Below the pieces are notes generated by a model. It was not told where the DNA came from, did no database searches, and worked only from the letters and a program-made list of their open reading frames with translations. From Dehalococcoidia bacterium (GTDB lineage Bacteria; Chloroflexota; Dehalococcoidia; UBA2979), in NCBI GenBank assembly GCA_964291495.2, contig OZ219872.1, positions 320,001 to 384,000 of the forward strand: DNA of 64,000 nt. The letters are read 5' to 3'. Both the position numbers and the translations under genes were made by a program. Positions 9,806 to 18,822 of the stretch are shown here, one piece after another (the stretch's first letter is position 1; every line of letters begins with the position of its first letter).

Positions 9806-10636
9806 CTACTCGCCTCCGCCCGCCGTCTCAATGATCTCGATGCTGATGATGCGGTCGGCGGGCGGCGCGCCAGGGCCGGGCTCGCGCGCGGTCAGCGAGC
9901 GCGCGACATCGAGGCCCTCGATCACGCGGCCGAAGACGGTGAAGTCGGGCTCCAGGAACGGGGTCGGATCGAGCGTGATGAAGAACTGCGAGCCGCTCAC
10001 CGCAGTGGACTTCGCCATCGAGATGACGCCGGCGTCGAACGGCAGCTCGTTCGTCTCCTCCTCGAGGCTGTAGCCGGGTCCGCCCGCGCCCCCGCCGGTA
10101 GGGTCGCCGCCCTGGGCGACGAAGCCGGTGAGGACGCGGTGGAAGGTGAGGCCGTCGTAGAAGCGGTTGCGCGCGAGGAAGACGAAGTTGTTGACGTAGC
10201 CGGGAGCCTCTTCGGGCAGTAGCTCGACCCGGATGTCGCCGCGTTCCGTGCGAATCAGTGCCTCGTAGCGGTTGGCCGGATCGATCTCCATCGCCGGGGG
10301 CTCGCTGTACGTACGGAGGATCCCGTCGGCGTCCGGCGTCGGGGTCGGCTCCGGCGTTGGTTCGGAGGTCCCCTCGGCCGCCGCGGCCGCCTCGGTCGGC
10401 GTTGGAGTCGGCGTCGGCTCGGGCGACTGGTTGCCGAACTGCGTGGTGATGAAGACGCCGCCGAGGCTGACGACCAGCACCATGATGCCGACCGCGAAGA
10501 GCACCCGCTGGCGGCGCTGCAGCCAGCCGAAGATGCCGGGGAACTCCACTGGGCCGGCGGGATCGTAGCTGCGCAACTGGCTGCGGCGCGCGCGCTGCCG
10601 CTGGCGGCGGCGTTGCCTTCGGCGATCGTTACTCAC
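9806..10636 (-). CDS. Membrane-anchored cyclophilin-type PPIase
   Basis: N-terminal TM, PT-rich linker, FYDGLTFHRV..GFVAQGGDP, SGSQFFI. Confidence 0.92.
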   Translation of the reverse strand: MSNDRRRQRRRQRQRARRSQLRSYDPAGPVEFPGIFGWLQRRQRVLFAVGIMVLVVSLGGVFITTQFGNQSPEPTPTPTPTEAAAAAEGTSEPTPEPTPTPDADGILRTYSEPPAMEIDPANRYEALIRTERGDIRVELLPEEAPGYVNNFVFLARNRFYDGLTFHRVLTGFVAQGGDPTGGGAGGPGYSLEEETNELPFDAGVISMAKSTAVSGSQFFITLDPTPFLEPDFTVFGRVIEGLDVARSLTAREPGPGAPPADRIISIEIIETAGGGE

Positions 10637-10846
10637 GCGCGTCTCCTTGCCTCCTGGCTCCGGTTGCCGAGGCCGCCGGTCGCCTCGGCGAATGTACTAC
10701 GAACTCGGCGGAGGGTAATCGGAGTCCGCTCGGCGGGCTCGCCTGGTGAAGTCTTGAACGAGATCTCGATGTCGCGGATCGCCTGCGACAGCGCCCCGTC
10801 GATCAGGCTATCGTGCAGTGGGATCACACGGAGCACAGGGGGAGCC

Positions 10847-11371
10847 ATGAGTACCGTCGCATTCATCCAGCGCAGCCTCGAGTTCACGCACGCCGCGCTC
10901 ATCGACGCGCGCAACGGCAGCGACGAGCAACTGCACTTCGTCCCCGAGGACGGCAGCCACTCGATCGCCTGGTGCCTCTGGCACACCTCGCGCGTCGAGG
11001 ACCTGATCATCAGCCGCGTGATGGGTCAGCCTCAGCTGTGGACCGAGGAGTGGGCCAACCGCACCGGCCTCGCCCTTGAGGGCTTCGGCACCGGCATGTC
11101 CGACGAGGACGCCCGGCAGGTCCGCGTCACGGACCTCGACGCGCTCGGCAGCTACCAGGACGCCGTCTTCGAGCGCACGTCGCAGTTCCTCGCGAACGCC
11201 ACGGACGAGGACCTCGAGCGTGAGATTCCGGCCCGCAACGGCAGCGAGAGCGTCGGCGAGGCGATCTCGCTGCACATGATGGGCCACTTCAACGGCCACC
11301 GCGGGGAGATCAACCTCCTCCGCGGCATGCAGGGCATGCCCACCGTCATGGCCGCCCAGGGCACCCACTAG
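10847..11371 (+). CDS. DinB/YfiT-family metalloprotein
   Basis: SIAW.LWH....ED and H...H.GEI..LR metal-ligand pattern; GGGGAG RBS before ATG 10847. Confidence 0.88.
   Translation: MSTVAFIQRSLEFTHAALIDARNGSDEQLHFVPEDGSHSIAWCLWHTSRVEDLIISRVMGQPQLWTEEWANRTGLALEGFGTGMSDEDARQVRVTDLDALGSYQDAVFERTSQFLANATDEDLEREIPARNGSESVGEAISLHMMGHFNGHRGEINLLRGMQGMPTVMAAQGTH
11197..11371 (+). repeat. Direct repeat copy 1 (3' 175 bp of the DinB-family gene)
   Basis: Matches 20151-20325 with 2 mismatches. Confidence 0.97.
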
Positions 11372-11757
11372 AGTGCATTCGCCGCCCTGCGCCATCAGTC
11401 TCAGCCGGGCGTGGCGCGACCACCCGCAGTTTGGGGCCACACGGACGCCCACGCCGCCCGAAGTAATGGCGGGTTCCAACGGCTCCGGAGCCGTCTCGCC
11501 GGCCCACTGCAAGCCCTGCACCGCGTCGGCCCTCGTACGCCGGATGGCGCCGCTCAAGGGCGGATGGTGCTACCCGGCTGGCGGTTCGAACCGAGTCTCC
11601 CAGAATCTACGTGCTCGGTACGCTCCCCATTAGGGCGGGGGTGCGTGGCGCGGGAACGCGGTCCGGCTGTAGCACCTCACGCTGGTGCCGCGCGGCGACT
11701 CGCCGGCCGCGCTCTCGGCCTGGCGCAAGCCACAGGTCTCCAGCCGTCGTTCCTGTG

Positions 11758-12603
11758 TCAGCTCGACTCCACTCGTGCATGCACCAGCGCGCCAGCGAAC
11801 CGGCGCCGCACCGTCGGGACGCAGGACAGCAGCCGATACAGGCGCGTTCTCGATGGGAACGGATCGGCGTAGCTCTGCACCGAGACGGGTCGGAGGCCGG
11901 GAATCCCACAGAGGAACGCCGCGACATCGTCGATCGGGATGCCCCAGGGCATCGGCGGCGTCCTGTACAGCTTGGTCCGGCGCCAGCCACGCTCGCTGCG
12001 CCGCGCGAGGAACGGCGGAATCGTGTCGAAGAAGACCTCCGCGCCCGGGAATCGCTCGGCGATCCGCGCCAGCAGCCTTCGGACCTCGTCCTCCGTGAAG
12101 TACATCAGCAGGCCTGAGGCCGAGATGAACGGCCGCACCCCGGCAGGCACGCCGTCCATCCACTCCGCGTCGAGCGCCGAGCACTCCACCGCCTCGGGGC
12201 CGTCGGCCGGCAGCAGCGACCGCCGCACGCCGATCGCCTCGGGCACGTCGACGCTCACCCACCGCACCCGCTCGTCGCCGATCCGCCAGTACTGCGTCTC
12301 GAGGCCCTCCCCGAGGGCGACGACCAGCGGCTGACCGAGTGTGCTCGCGATGAAGTCCCGGACCAGGTCGTCGCAGACCCGGGCGCGAATGGCGTGCATC
12401 ACGTTCGGCTTTCCGAAGTGCCCACGAAAGTCGTAGTCGATCCGATCGACGAGCTCGATCGCCAGTGGATCCTCGATGAGCGGGCGCCTCCGCCGCGCCT
12501 CGGCGGCTCGGTTCCAGAGCGACCAGAGCATGGTCTCCGGGACCCCGCTGAGCTCGACCTGCTCGGTGGCGCCCGTGCTACCGGACTCCTGAGAAGCACT
12601 CAT
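11758..12603 (-). CDS. Class I SAM-dependent methyltransferase (LCM/TcmP-like O-methyltransferase)
   Basis: LSGVPETML..L..RA.E, VVALGEGLET, W.SVD.PE, A.GLLMY. Confidence 0.85.
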   Translation of the reverse strand: MSASQESGSTGATEQVELSGVPETMLWSLWNRAAEARRRRPLIEDPLAIELVDRIDYDFRGHFGKPNVMHAIRARVCDDLVRDFIASTLGQPLVVALGEGLETQYWRIGDERVRWVSVDVPEAIGVRRSLLPADGPEAVECSALDAEWMDGVPAGVRPFISASGLLMYFTEDEVRRLLARIAERFPGAEVFFDTIPPFLARRSERGWRRTKLYRTPPMPWGIPIDDVAAFLCGIPGLRPVSVQSYADPFPSRTRLYRLLSCVPTVRRRFAGALVHARVESS

Positions 12604-12654
12604 CCGACATCCTTCCGGCAGCGGCACGGCCAACGCCGCGAGCCTAGATGCGAG

Positions 12655-13356
12655 CTACCTCGCGAGCACGTCTTCGAGCGTTCGGCCGTCGTTGAAGCGG
12701 AGCGACGCGACACGGTGCTCGCGACCGGCGCCGATCCGGTAGCTGAACCCGGCGGCCTCGACCGTTACGGCATCCTCCGAGGCGCGCGGCGTGCCTCCAC
12801 CGAGCATCGCCGCGAGGCGTTCCGCTAACTCCACCGGCTGCGCGCTCTCGAGCTCAAGCGACGCGAGACGGAGCAGCCCGTTCGCATGCCGGCGGTCGCC
12901 CTCCGGGATCGCCGGTGCTGGTTCGTACGGACTCATCACGAACGGCAGATCGAGGCGGGGAGGCAGCGTCAGGGACCAGCGCAGCGTCACCCCGTCTGCT
13001 CCGGTCCGCTCCGCCCCGAACGCAGGGCCCGTCTCAATCCCGCGCGCGGCCAGCCCCTCGAGGATCGCCTCCATCGGCCTGTCGCCCTCGAGCGCGTGCT
13101 CGCACAGCCCGCGCGCGTCTACCCACGCCCCGACACGTGGTGGCATCCGCGCGCGGAACTCGTCCGGATCGGCGTCCGCCGGTACAGGGTCGAACAGCTC
13201 GATGAACGGCCCCTCGCGGAAGTGGATCAGCGCGTTGTGCGCCGTCCCGGGATCGCTGCCCCACTGCACAGTGAATCCGGCGGCCTCGTACTCCGCGACG
13301 GATCGCGCCAGATCCTCCGCACGCACGAGCACGTGGCTCGGGATCAGATCGCTCAT
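12655..13356 (-). CDS. VOC/glyoxalase-like family protein
   Basis: HV...V.DL, G..HNALI.F..G.FIEL, R...DG..L.W, LPF, H.NG motifs. Confidence 0.82.
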   Translation of the reverse strand: MSDLIPSHVLVRAEDLARSVAEYEAAGFTVQWGSDPGTAHNALIHFREGPFIELFDPVPADADPDEFRARMPPRVGAWVDARGLCEHALEGDRPMEAILEGLAARGIETGPAFGAERTGADGVTLRWSLTLPPRLDLPFVMSPYEPAPAIPEGDRRHANGLLRLASLELESAQPVELAERLAAMLGGGTPRASEDAVTVEAAGFSYRIGAGREHRVASLRFNDGRTLEDVLAR

Positions 13357-13465
13357 TCGGTGTCGTCCAGTCCGTAGTCACGGTCCGGCTGATCGGACCG
13401 GCTGAGCCTCCAGTGCCCCGCCTCACCCACCTGCTCCGCAGGTCTCTCTGAGCCAGTTCCGTGGT

Positions 13466-13524
13466 TTGACGCTACCGCGCAACTGGGATTAAGGTTGCCC
13501 GCTGCAATGATACAGAGTCTCAAT
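13466..13524 (+). promoter_or_regulatory. Putative promoter (TTGACG-N18-TAAGGT) and Fur-like operator AATGATACAGAGTCTCAAT
   Basis: AT-rich TGA-N9-TCA imperfect palindrome (13508-13522) in very GC-rich DNA, between the -10 and the GGAGG RBS. Confidence 0.45.
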
Positions 13525-13562
13525 AGGCAGGGCCAGTCGGCTCTGCGGGAGGAGGATCCCGA

Positions 13563-15251
13563 ATGAACGACGAGCGATTGAGCCGCCGACGGCTCCTGAA
13601 GCTGGCCGCCGGATCGATGTTCGTCTTGGCGGCCGCGCCGGTGCTCATCGGCTGCGACGCCGATGACGACGATCCCTCGCCGCCGCCGACCGGCACCCCG
13701 CAGCCATCGAGTGGCGCCGCCACGCCGACGGCCACCGCCACCGCCGAGGCAGCCGCGACGGCCGCCGCGACCGCCGCTCCGACGGTCGCCGCCACCGCCA
13801 CGCCGACGGCCACCGCCCAGGCGCCCGCCCCCGCGAGCGGCGGCCGCGTCCGCGTCGCCGCGGGCGGCAGCGCCACCGCCACGTTCAATCCGTTCAACGC
13901 CGCGGGCAGCGCCGACTACGCCGGCTTCTACCACGTCTTCGACAGCCTGGCCCAGCTCAGCGGTTCGGAGGTGCGGCTTGGCGTCGCCGAGTCGATCGAG
14001 CCGAACGTGGACGGGACCGAGTGGACGATCGTCCTCAGGGACGCCACCTTCCACGACGGCCGACCGCTGACCTCGGCCGACGTCGCCTACACGCTGCGCT
14101 CGTTGGCCGACCCGGAGGTGGCTCCGCGCCTCGCCGGCGGCTTCAGCATGATCGACGCCGCCAACATCTCGACCCCGGACGCCCGCACGGTCGCCGTGCC
14201 GCTGACGGTCCCGCGCGGCGACTTCCTCGACGCCGAGCTGTCGATCACGTCGATCGTGCTTCCCGAGGGCTCGATCGGCGGGCCTGGCGCGATCGGCACC
14301 GGCCCGTTCAGGCTGGAGGCCTTCGAGGCCGGCAGCAGCATCCGGATGGTCCGCAACGCGGACTATTGGGACGCTCCTGCGCTGCTCGATGAGCTTGAAG
14401 TCGTGGTCGTCAATGACCCGACCGCGCGGTTGAATGCGCTGAAGGGCGGCGAAATCGAGTTCGCCTGGGGGCTCACGCCCGCCGCCGCCAGGGCGGAGGA
14501 AGGCAACGAAGCGATCGCCCTGCACCGGGGCGGCGCCGCGAACTCCCGGGCGATGGGGTTCGCAGCGAACATCACGCTGCCGCCCTTCGATAACCCGGAT
14601 GCGGTACGGGCACTGAAGCTCGCGGTCGACCGGCAGGCGTTCGTCGACACCGTATTGCTGGGATTTGGCGAACTCGGGAACGACCTCGTCGGCAAGGGGC
14701 TCCCGGGGTACGCGGACGTGATTCCCCAGACGGAGCGCGACGTGCAGCAGGCGCGGGCGCTCTTCGAGTCCGCGGGGGTGACCGAGCTGACGATGCTGAC
14801 CGGCGAGACCACCGCCGGGACGGTCGCGGCTGCTGAGCTGCTGGTGCAGCAGCTGGCGGAGGCCGGCGTCACGCTCACGCTGGACGAGCTGCCGGCGGAC
14901 CAGTACTACTCCGACTTTGCTCGACTGTTCTCCACGCCGTTGCAGTCGTGCTGGTGGGTCAACCGGCCGGCTGACGTGCACCTCACGTCATTCACCGGCT
15001 CCAAAGCGGGCTTCAACCTCACCGGCATCGGCAACGAGGAGTACGATGGGCTGCTGGCGAGCGCGCAGGCCACCGTCGATCGCGATGAGCGCCTTGCGAT
15101 CGTTGAGCAGCTGCAGCAGTACTCGTTCGACCATGACGGCATGGTGATCTGGGGCTACCGGGAAGACCTCAACGCCTCCGTACCCGGGCTGACCGGCGTC
15201 TCGTTCACGCAGTCGGCGCCACTGTTCCATCGAGCATCGCTCGAGGCATAG
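13563..15251 (+). CDS. ABC transporter family-5 substrate-binding protein (Tat-exported lipoprotein)
   Basis: SRRRLLK twin-arginine, LIGC lipobox, AT-rich linker, FHDGRPLTSADV, IGTGPF. Confidence 0.93.
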   Translation: MNDERLSRRRLLKLAAGSMFVLAAAPVLIGCDADDDDPSPPPTGTPQPSSGAATPTATATAEAAATAAATAAPTVAATATPTATAQAPAPASGGRVRVAAGGSATATFNPFNAAGSADYAGFYHVFDSLAQLSGSEVRLGVAESIEPNVDGTEWTIVLRDATFHDGRPLTSADVAYTLRSLADPEVAPRLAGGFSMIDAANISTPDARTVAVPLTVPRGDFLDAELSITSIVLPEGSIGGPGAIGTGPFRLEAFEAGSSIRMVRNADYWDAPALLDELEVVVVNDPTARLNALKGGEIEFAWGLTPAAARAEEGNEAIALHRGGAANSRAMGFAANITLPPFDNPDAVRALKLAVDRQAFVDTVLLGFGELGNDLVGKGLPGYADVIPQTERDVQQARALFESAGVTELTMLTGETTAGTVAAAELLVQQLAEAGVTLTLDELPADQYYSDFARLFSTPLQSCWWVNRPADVHLTSFTGSKAGFNLTGIGNEEYDGLLASAQATVDRDERLAIVEQLQQYSFDHDGMVIWGYREDLNASVPGLTGVSFTQSAPLFHRASLEA

Positions 15252-15353
15252 CCGGGACGGCGGGGCGCCCCGCCGGAAAGGGCCGGACCGAATGACAGTG
15301 CCTCCCTGCTGGAACCGGCGCCGGCGCCGGCCCGGTCCGGCGCGACGGCAGGC

Positions 15354-16319
15354 ATGAGCGCGCGCCCGCATCCGATCGTGCGAGCCCTGGCTCGACGGAT
15401 CGCGGCGAGCGTCGCCGTGCTCCTTGGCGTGTCGGTGCTGCTCTTTGCCGCGACGGCCGTGCTGCCCGGCGATCCGGCCTCGAGGATGCTCGGTCAGGAC
15501 GCCACCCCCGAGAACCTCGAGGCGATGCGGCGGCAGCTGGGTCTCGACCGCCCCGTTCCGGTGCAATACGCCGACTGGCTGGGCGGAGTGCTGACCGGCG
15601 ACTTGGGCACCGCCACAACCGGTCGCCCGGTCGGTCCGCTGCTCCGCGAGCGGGCGAGCAACTCGCTCATCCTCGCCGGCGCCGCCGCGAGCCTGACCGT
15701 GGCGATCGCCCTCGTGGTCGGCGTGGCCAGCGGCCTTCGCGCCGGCCGGCCGGCGGACTCGGCGCTTTCGGTCGGAGCACTGGTCGGGGTCAGCGTCCCC
15801 GACTTCGTGGTCGCGGGCGTGCTGATCTCGCTCTTCGCCTTCACGCTCCAGTGGTTTCCGCCCGTGTCGCTCATCCTCGCGGGGGGCAGCCCGCTCGACC
15901 GGCCATCGATCCTGGTGTTGCCGGCGGTCGCCCTGGCGGCACCGGCCGGTTCGTGGGCCAGCCGCTACGTGCGTGCGGCCGTCGTGGACGCGCGGACCGC
16001 GCCGAACGTCGAGGCGGCGCGGCTCGCCGGCCTCTCACCCCAGCGCGTGCTGCTTCGTCACCTGCTGCCCGGGGTGATCGGCCCAACCGCGCAGGTGTTC
16101 GCGGCGGCGACGGGCTTCCTCGTCGGGGGTTCGGTCGTCGTCGAGGGGATCTTCGCCTACCCGGGGATGGGCTCCTTGCTGGCGAACGCCGTCGCCGTCG
16201 AGGACGTCGACGTGATCCTCGCCACGGGCCTCGTGATGGCGACCGCGGTGGTCGCCTCCTTCCTGGTCGCCGACCTCGCCGGTGTGTTGTCGAACCCGCG
16301 GCTGAGGACCGCGCCATGA
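15354..16319 (+). CDS. ABC transporter permease (DppB-like)
   Basis: LPGDPA, LGLDRP..QY, GDLG, EAAR.AG, VVE.IF.YPG.G. Confidence 0.93.
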   Translation: MSARPHPIVRALARRIAASVAVLLGVSVLLFAATAVLPGDPASRMLGQDATPENLEAMRRQLGLDRPVPVQYADWLGGVLTGDLGTATTGRPVGPLLRERASNSLILAGAAASLTVAIALVVGVASGLRAGRPADSALSVGALVGVSVPDFVVAGVLISLFAFTLQWFPPVSLILAGGSPLDRPSILVLPAVALAAPAGSWASRYVRAAVVDARTAPNVEAARLAGLSPQRVLLRHLLPGVIGPTAQVFAAATGFLVGGSVVVEGIFAYPGMGSLLANAVAVEDVDVILATGLVMATAVVASFLVADLAGVLSNPRLRTAP

Positions 16320-17188
16320 CCGCGCGAGCCGACGTCACCGAGGCCTCTGCGACCGGGACGCGCCACATTGATCGGGCGGGCGCGATCACCGCCGGCGCGG
16401 GCCGCTTCGCGCTGCTGCTCGTCGCGGTTCCCGGGGTCGTCGTGATCGTGCTGGCGATCATCGGTCCCTGGATTGCGCCGCATCCGCTGGGCGCGACGGT
16501 AGCGCCGCCGTTCGAGCCGCCGGGCGACGGTCATCCCTTCGGGACGGATCGTCTGGGGCGAGATCTGTGGTCGCAGGCCCTCTACGGCGGGCGCGGCCTG
16601 CTGATCGTGCCGCTGATCGCCACCGTCGCGACCGTCTTCGTCGGCGCGGCGGTCGGCATGACCGCCGGCTACCTGCGGGGCCGTGTCGACGCCCTGACCC
16701 TCGCCATGCTCGATCTGCTGCTCGTGCTGCCTGGCGTGCTGGTGATGCTCGTCCTCGCCTCGGGCTGGGGCGCGGGACCGGTGGTGATCGTGATCGCGAT
16801 GGTGCTCACGGGCTCCCCGTTCCTCGCCCGCCTCGCGCGCGCCGCCACGCTCGATGTCAGCCAGGCCCCCTTCGTTCAGGTCAGCGTCACGCAGGGAGAC
16901 GGCACCTTCACCATCCTGCGCCGCGACGTGCTGCCCAACGTCGTCGGGCCGCTCCTCGCCGACTCCGGCATGCGCTTCCTGGGTGCGCTCTACCTCGTCG
17001 CGGCGCTCAGCCTCCTCGGTTTCGGACCGCCGACCCCCGAGACGAACTGGGCGGTGATGATCCGCGAGAACGCCGAGGGCGCCGGCCTGAACGTCTGGGC
17101 GCTGGCGCTGCCGGCGCTGCTGATCGCGCTGCTATCGATCGCGGTGAACGTGGTGCTGCAGACCGTCGCCGATCGGTTCGCACGATGA
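16316..17188 (+). CDS. ABC transporter permease (DppC-like)
   Basis: HPFGTDRLGRD, LPNV, LSLLGFG.P.P..NW; ATG overlaps the previous stop. Confidence 0.92.
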   Translation: MTARADVTEASATGTRHIDRAGAITAGAGRFALLLVAVPGVVVIVLAIIGPWIAPHPLGATVAPPFEPPGDGHPFGTDRLGRDLWSQALYGGRGLLIVPLIATVATVFVGAAVGMTAGYLRGRVDALTLAMLDLLLVLPGVLVMLVLASGWGAGPVVIVIAMVLTGSPFLARLARAATLDVSQAPFVQVSVTQGDGTFTILRRDVLPNVVGPLLADSGMRFLGALYLVAALSLLGFGPPTPETNWAVMIRENAEGAGLNVWALALPALLIALLSIAVNVVLQTVADRFAR

Positions 17189-18822
17189 ACGACCATGCGC
17201 CCGATCACGTCGTGCAGGTGGACGGACTGCGGGTCGAGGACCGTACCGGACACCCGATCCTGGGCGGTGTCTCCGTCTCGCTCCCCGCGGGCTCGCGCCT
17301 GGGGATCGTCGGGGAATCGGGCGCCGGGAAGACGACGCTTGCCCTCGGGCTCCTCGGCCACTTCCGTCCCGGCCTCACCCGCACGGCCGGTACGATCCAC
17401 GTCGCCGGCCACGACGTGCTCGCGGCGTCTGCACGCCAGCTCCGCGCCTATCGACGCAGCGTCGTCTCCTACCTCGGTCAGGATCCCGCGGCCGCCCTCA
17501 CCCCGAACATGCGGATCGGCGCCCAGGTCGCCGAGCTCCTGCACGGCGATCGCGGCGACGATGTCCTCCGTGCCAGGTTCGAGGCGGTGGGTCTTCCGGG
17601 CGACCGCGACTTCCGCCGCCGCTACCCGCACCAGGTGTCCGGCGGGCAGCTGCAACGCGTCGCCATCGCCCGGGCGCTGGCGCCCGACCCGGCCGTGCTC
17701 GTGCTCGACGAGCCGACCGCCGGCCTCGACCTCGTCACGCGCGGCCTGATCGCGGAGGAGATCGAGCGCCAGGCCGACCTGCGCTCGCTGGCCCTCGTGA
17801 TGGTCTCGCACGATCTCGCGATGGTGGCGCGCTCTGCAGACGAGTTGGTGGTGCTTCGCGACGGCGTCGTCGTCGAATCAGGCTCGGTTGGCGGCATGCT
17901 GACGCGACCGACCCATGCCTATACACGCGAGCTTGTTGAGGCCTGCGACGGTGAGGCTTCCCGACCCGAGAGCGATCCGGGCCCGGCGGGCGATGCGGCC
18001 TTGAGGGTTCGCGGCCTGGCGGCCGGCTACCGGCAGGGCAGGGAATCGATACCCGTCGTCGAGGACTTCGACCTCGATGTCGCCCCGGGTGAGTGCGTGG
18101 CGCTGATCGGCGCTTCCGGGGCGGGCAAGAGCACCATCGCCCGCTGCCTGCTCGGGTTGCATCTGCCCGCGCGCGGCGAGGTCACCGTGGCGGGCGGCCG
18201 CCTCGCCCCCGCGGTTCGGCAGCGCAGCGTGGCGGAGCGGCGGACGATCCAGCTGGTGCCTCAAGACCCTCTCGGCTCGCTCAACCCGCGCCGGCGGGTC
18301 GGCGATACGCTGCGGCACGCGCTCCGCACGATGCGCGGCCTCAGCCGTCGCGAGGCGGACGCGGAGGCCGCGCGATTGCTCGAGCGGGTGCGGCTCTCGC
18401 CGGAGCTGCTCAAGCGGCTACCGCGCGACCTCTCAGGCGGGGAGCGCCAGCGGGTCGCGATCGCCCGGGCGCTGGCCGCTGAGCCGCATGTCCTGATCTG
18501 CGACGAGGTGACGTCCGCCCTCGATGTCTCGGTCGAGGCGTCGATCCTTGACTTGATCGACAGTCTGCGCGCCGACAGCGGGATGGCGGTGCTGCTGATC
18601 GCGCACGATCTGCGCGTGGTGCGCCGCATCGCCGACCGCGCGGTGGTGCTGCACGACCGGCGCGTCTGCGAGCATGGTCCGGTCGAAGACGTCCTCGGAT
18701 CCCCCGGCCACGAGCTGACGCGCGCGCTCGTCGCTGCGGACCGTCCCGTCGCGGCAATCGTCCACGATCGAGCGCATCAGGCGCGGTCCCCGCGGCCCGT
18801 GCCGGAAACGGCGCCACTATGA
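17185..18822 (+). CDS. ABC transporter ATP-binding protein (fused DppD/F)
   Basis: Two ATPase domains: GESGAGKT/SGGQLQR/DEPT and GASGAGKS/LSGGERQR/DEVT. Confidence 0.95.
   Translation: MNDHAPDHVVQVDGLRVEDRTGHPILGGVSVSLPAGSRLGIVGESGAGKTTLALGLLGHFRPGLTRTAGTIHVAGHDVLAASARQLRAYRRSVVSYLGQDPAAALTPNMRIGAQVAELLHGDRGDDVLRARFEAVGLPGDRDFRRRYPHQVSGGQLQRVAIARALAPDPAVLVLDEPTAGLDLVTRGLIAEEIERQADLRSLALVMVSHDLAMVARSADELVVLRDGVVVESGSVGGMLTRPTHAYTRELVEACDGEASRPESDPGPAGDAALRVRGLAAGYRQGRESIPVVEDFDLDVAPGECVALIGASGAGKSTIARCLLGLHLPARGEVTVAGGRLAPAVRQRSVAERRTIQLVPQDPLGSLNPRRRVGDTLRHALRTMRGLSRREADAEAARLLERVRLSPELLKRLPRDLSGGERQRVAIARALAAEPHVLICDEVTSALDVSVEASILDLIDSLRADSGMAVLLIAHDLRVVRRIADRAVVLHDRRVCEHGPVEDVLGSPGHELTRALVAADRPVAAIVHDRAHQARSPRPVPETAPL

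Noticed and set aside
13700-13830. GCCACGCCGACG-type tandem repeats (also about 10330-10420, 40240-40400, 61090-61140)
   Set aside because: Encode Ala/Thr/Pro linkers of exported proteins; not CRISPR or a separate repeat system. No CRISPR array was seen in the window
15258-15275. Perfect 18-bp palindrome CGGCGGGGCGCCCCGCCG after the SBP gene
   Set aside because: Likely an ordinary mRNA-stabilising hairpin typical after SBP genes; no U-tract
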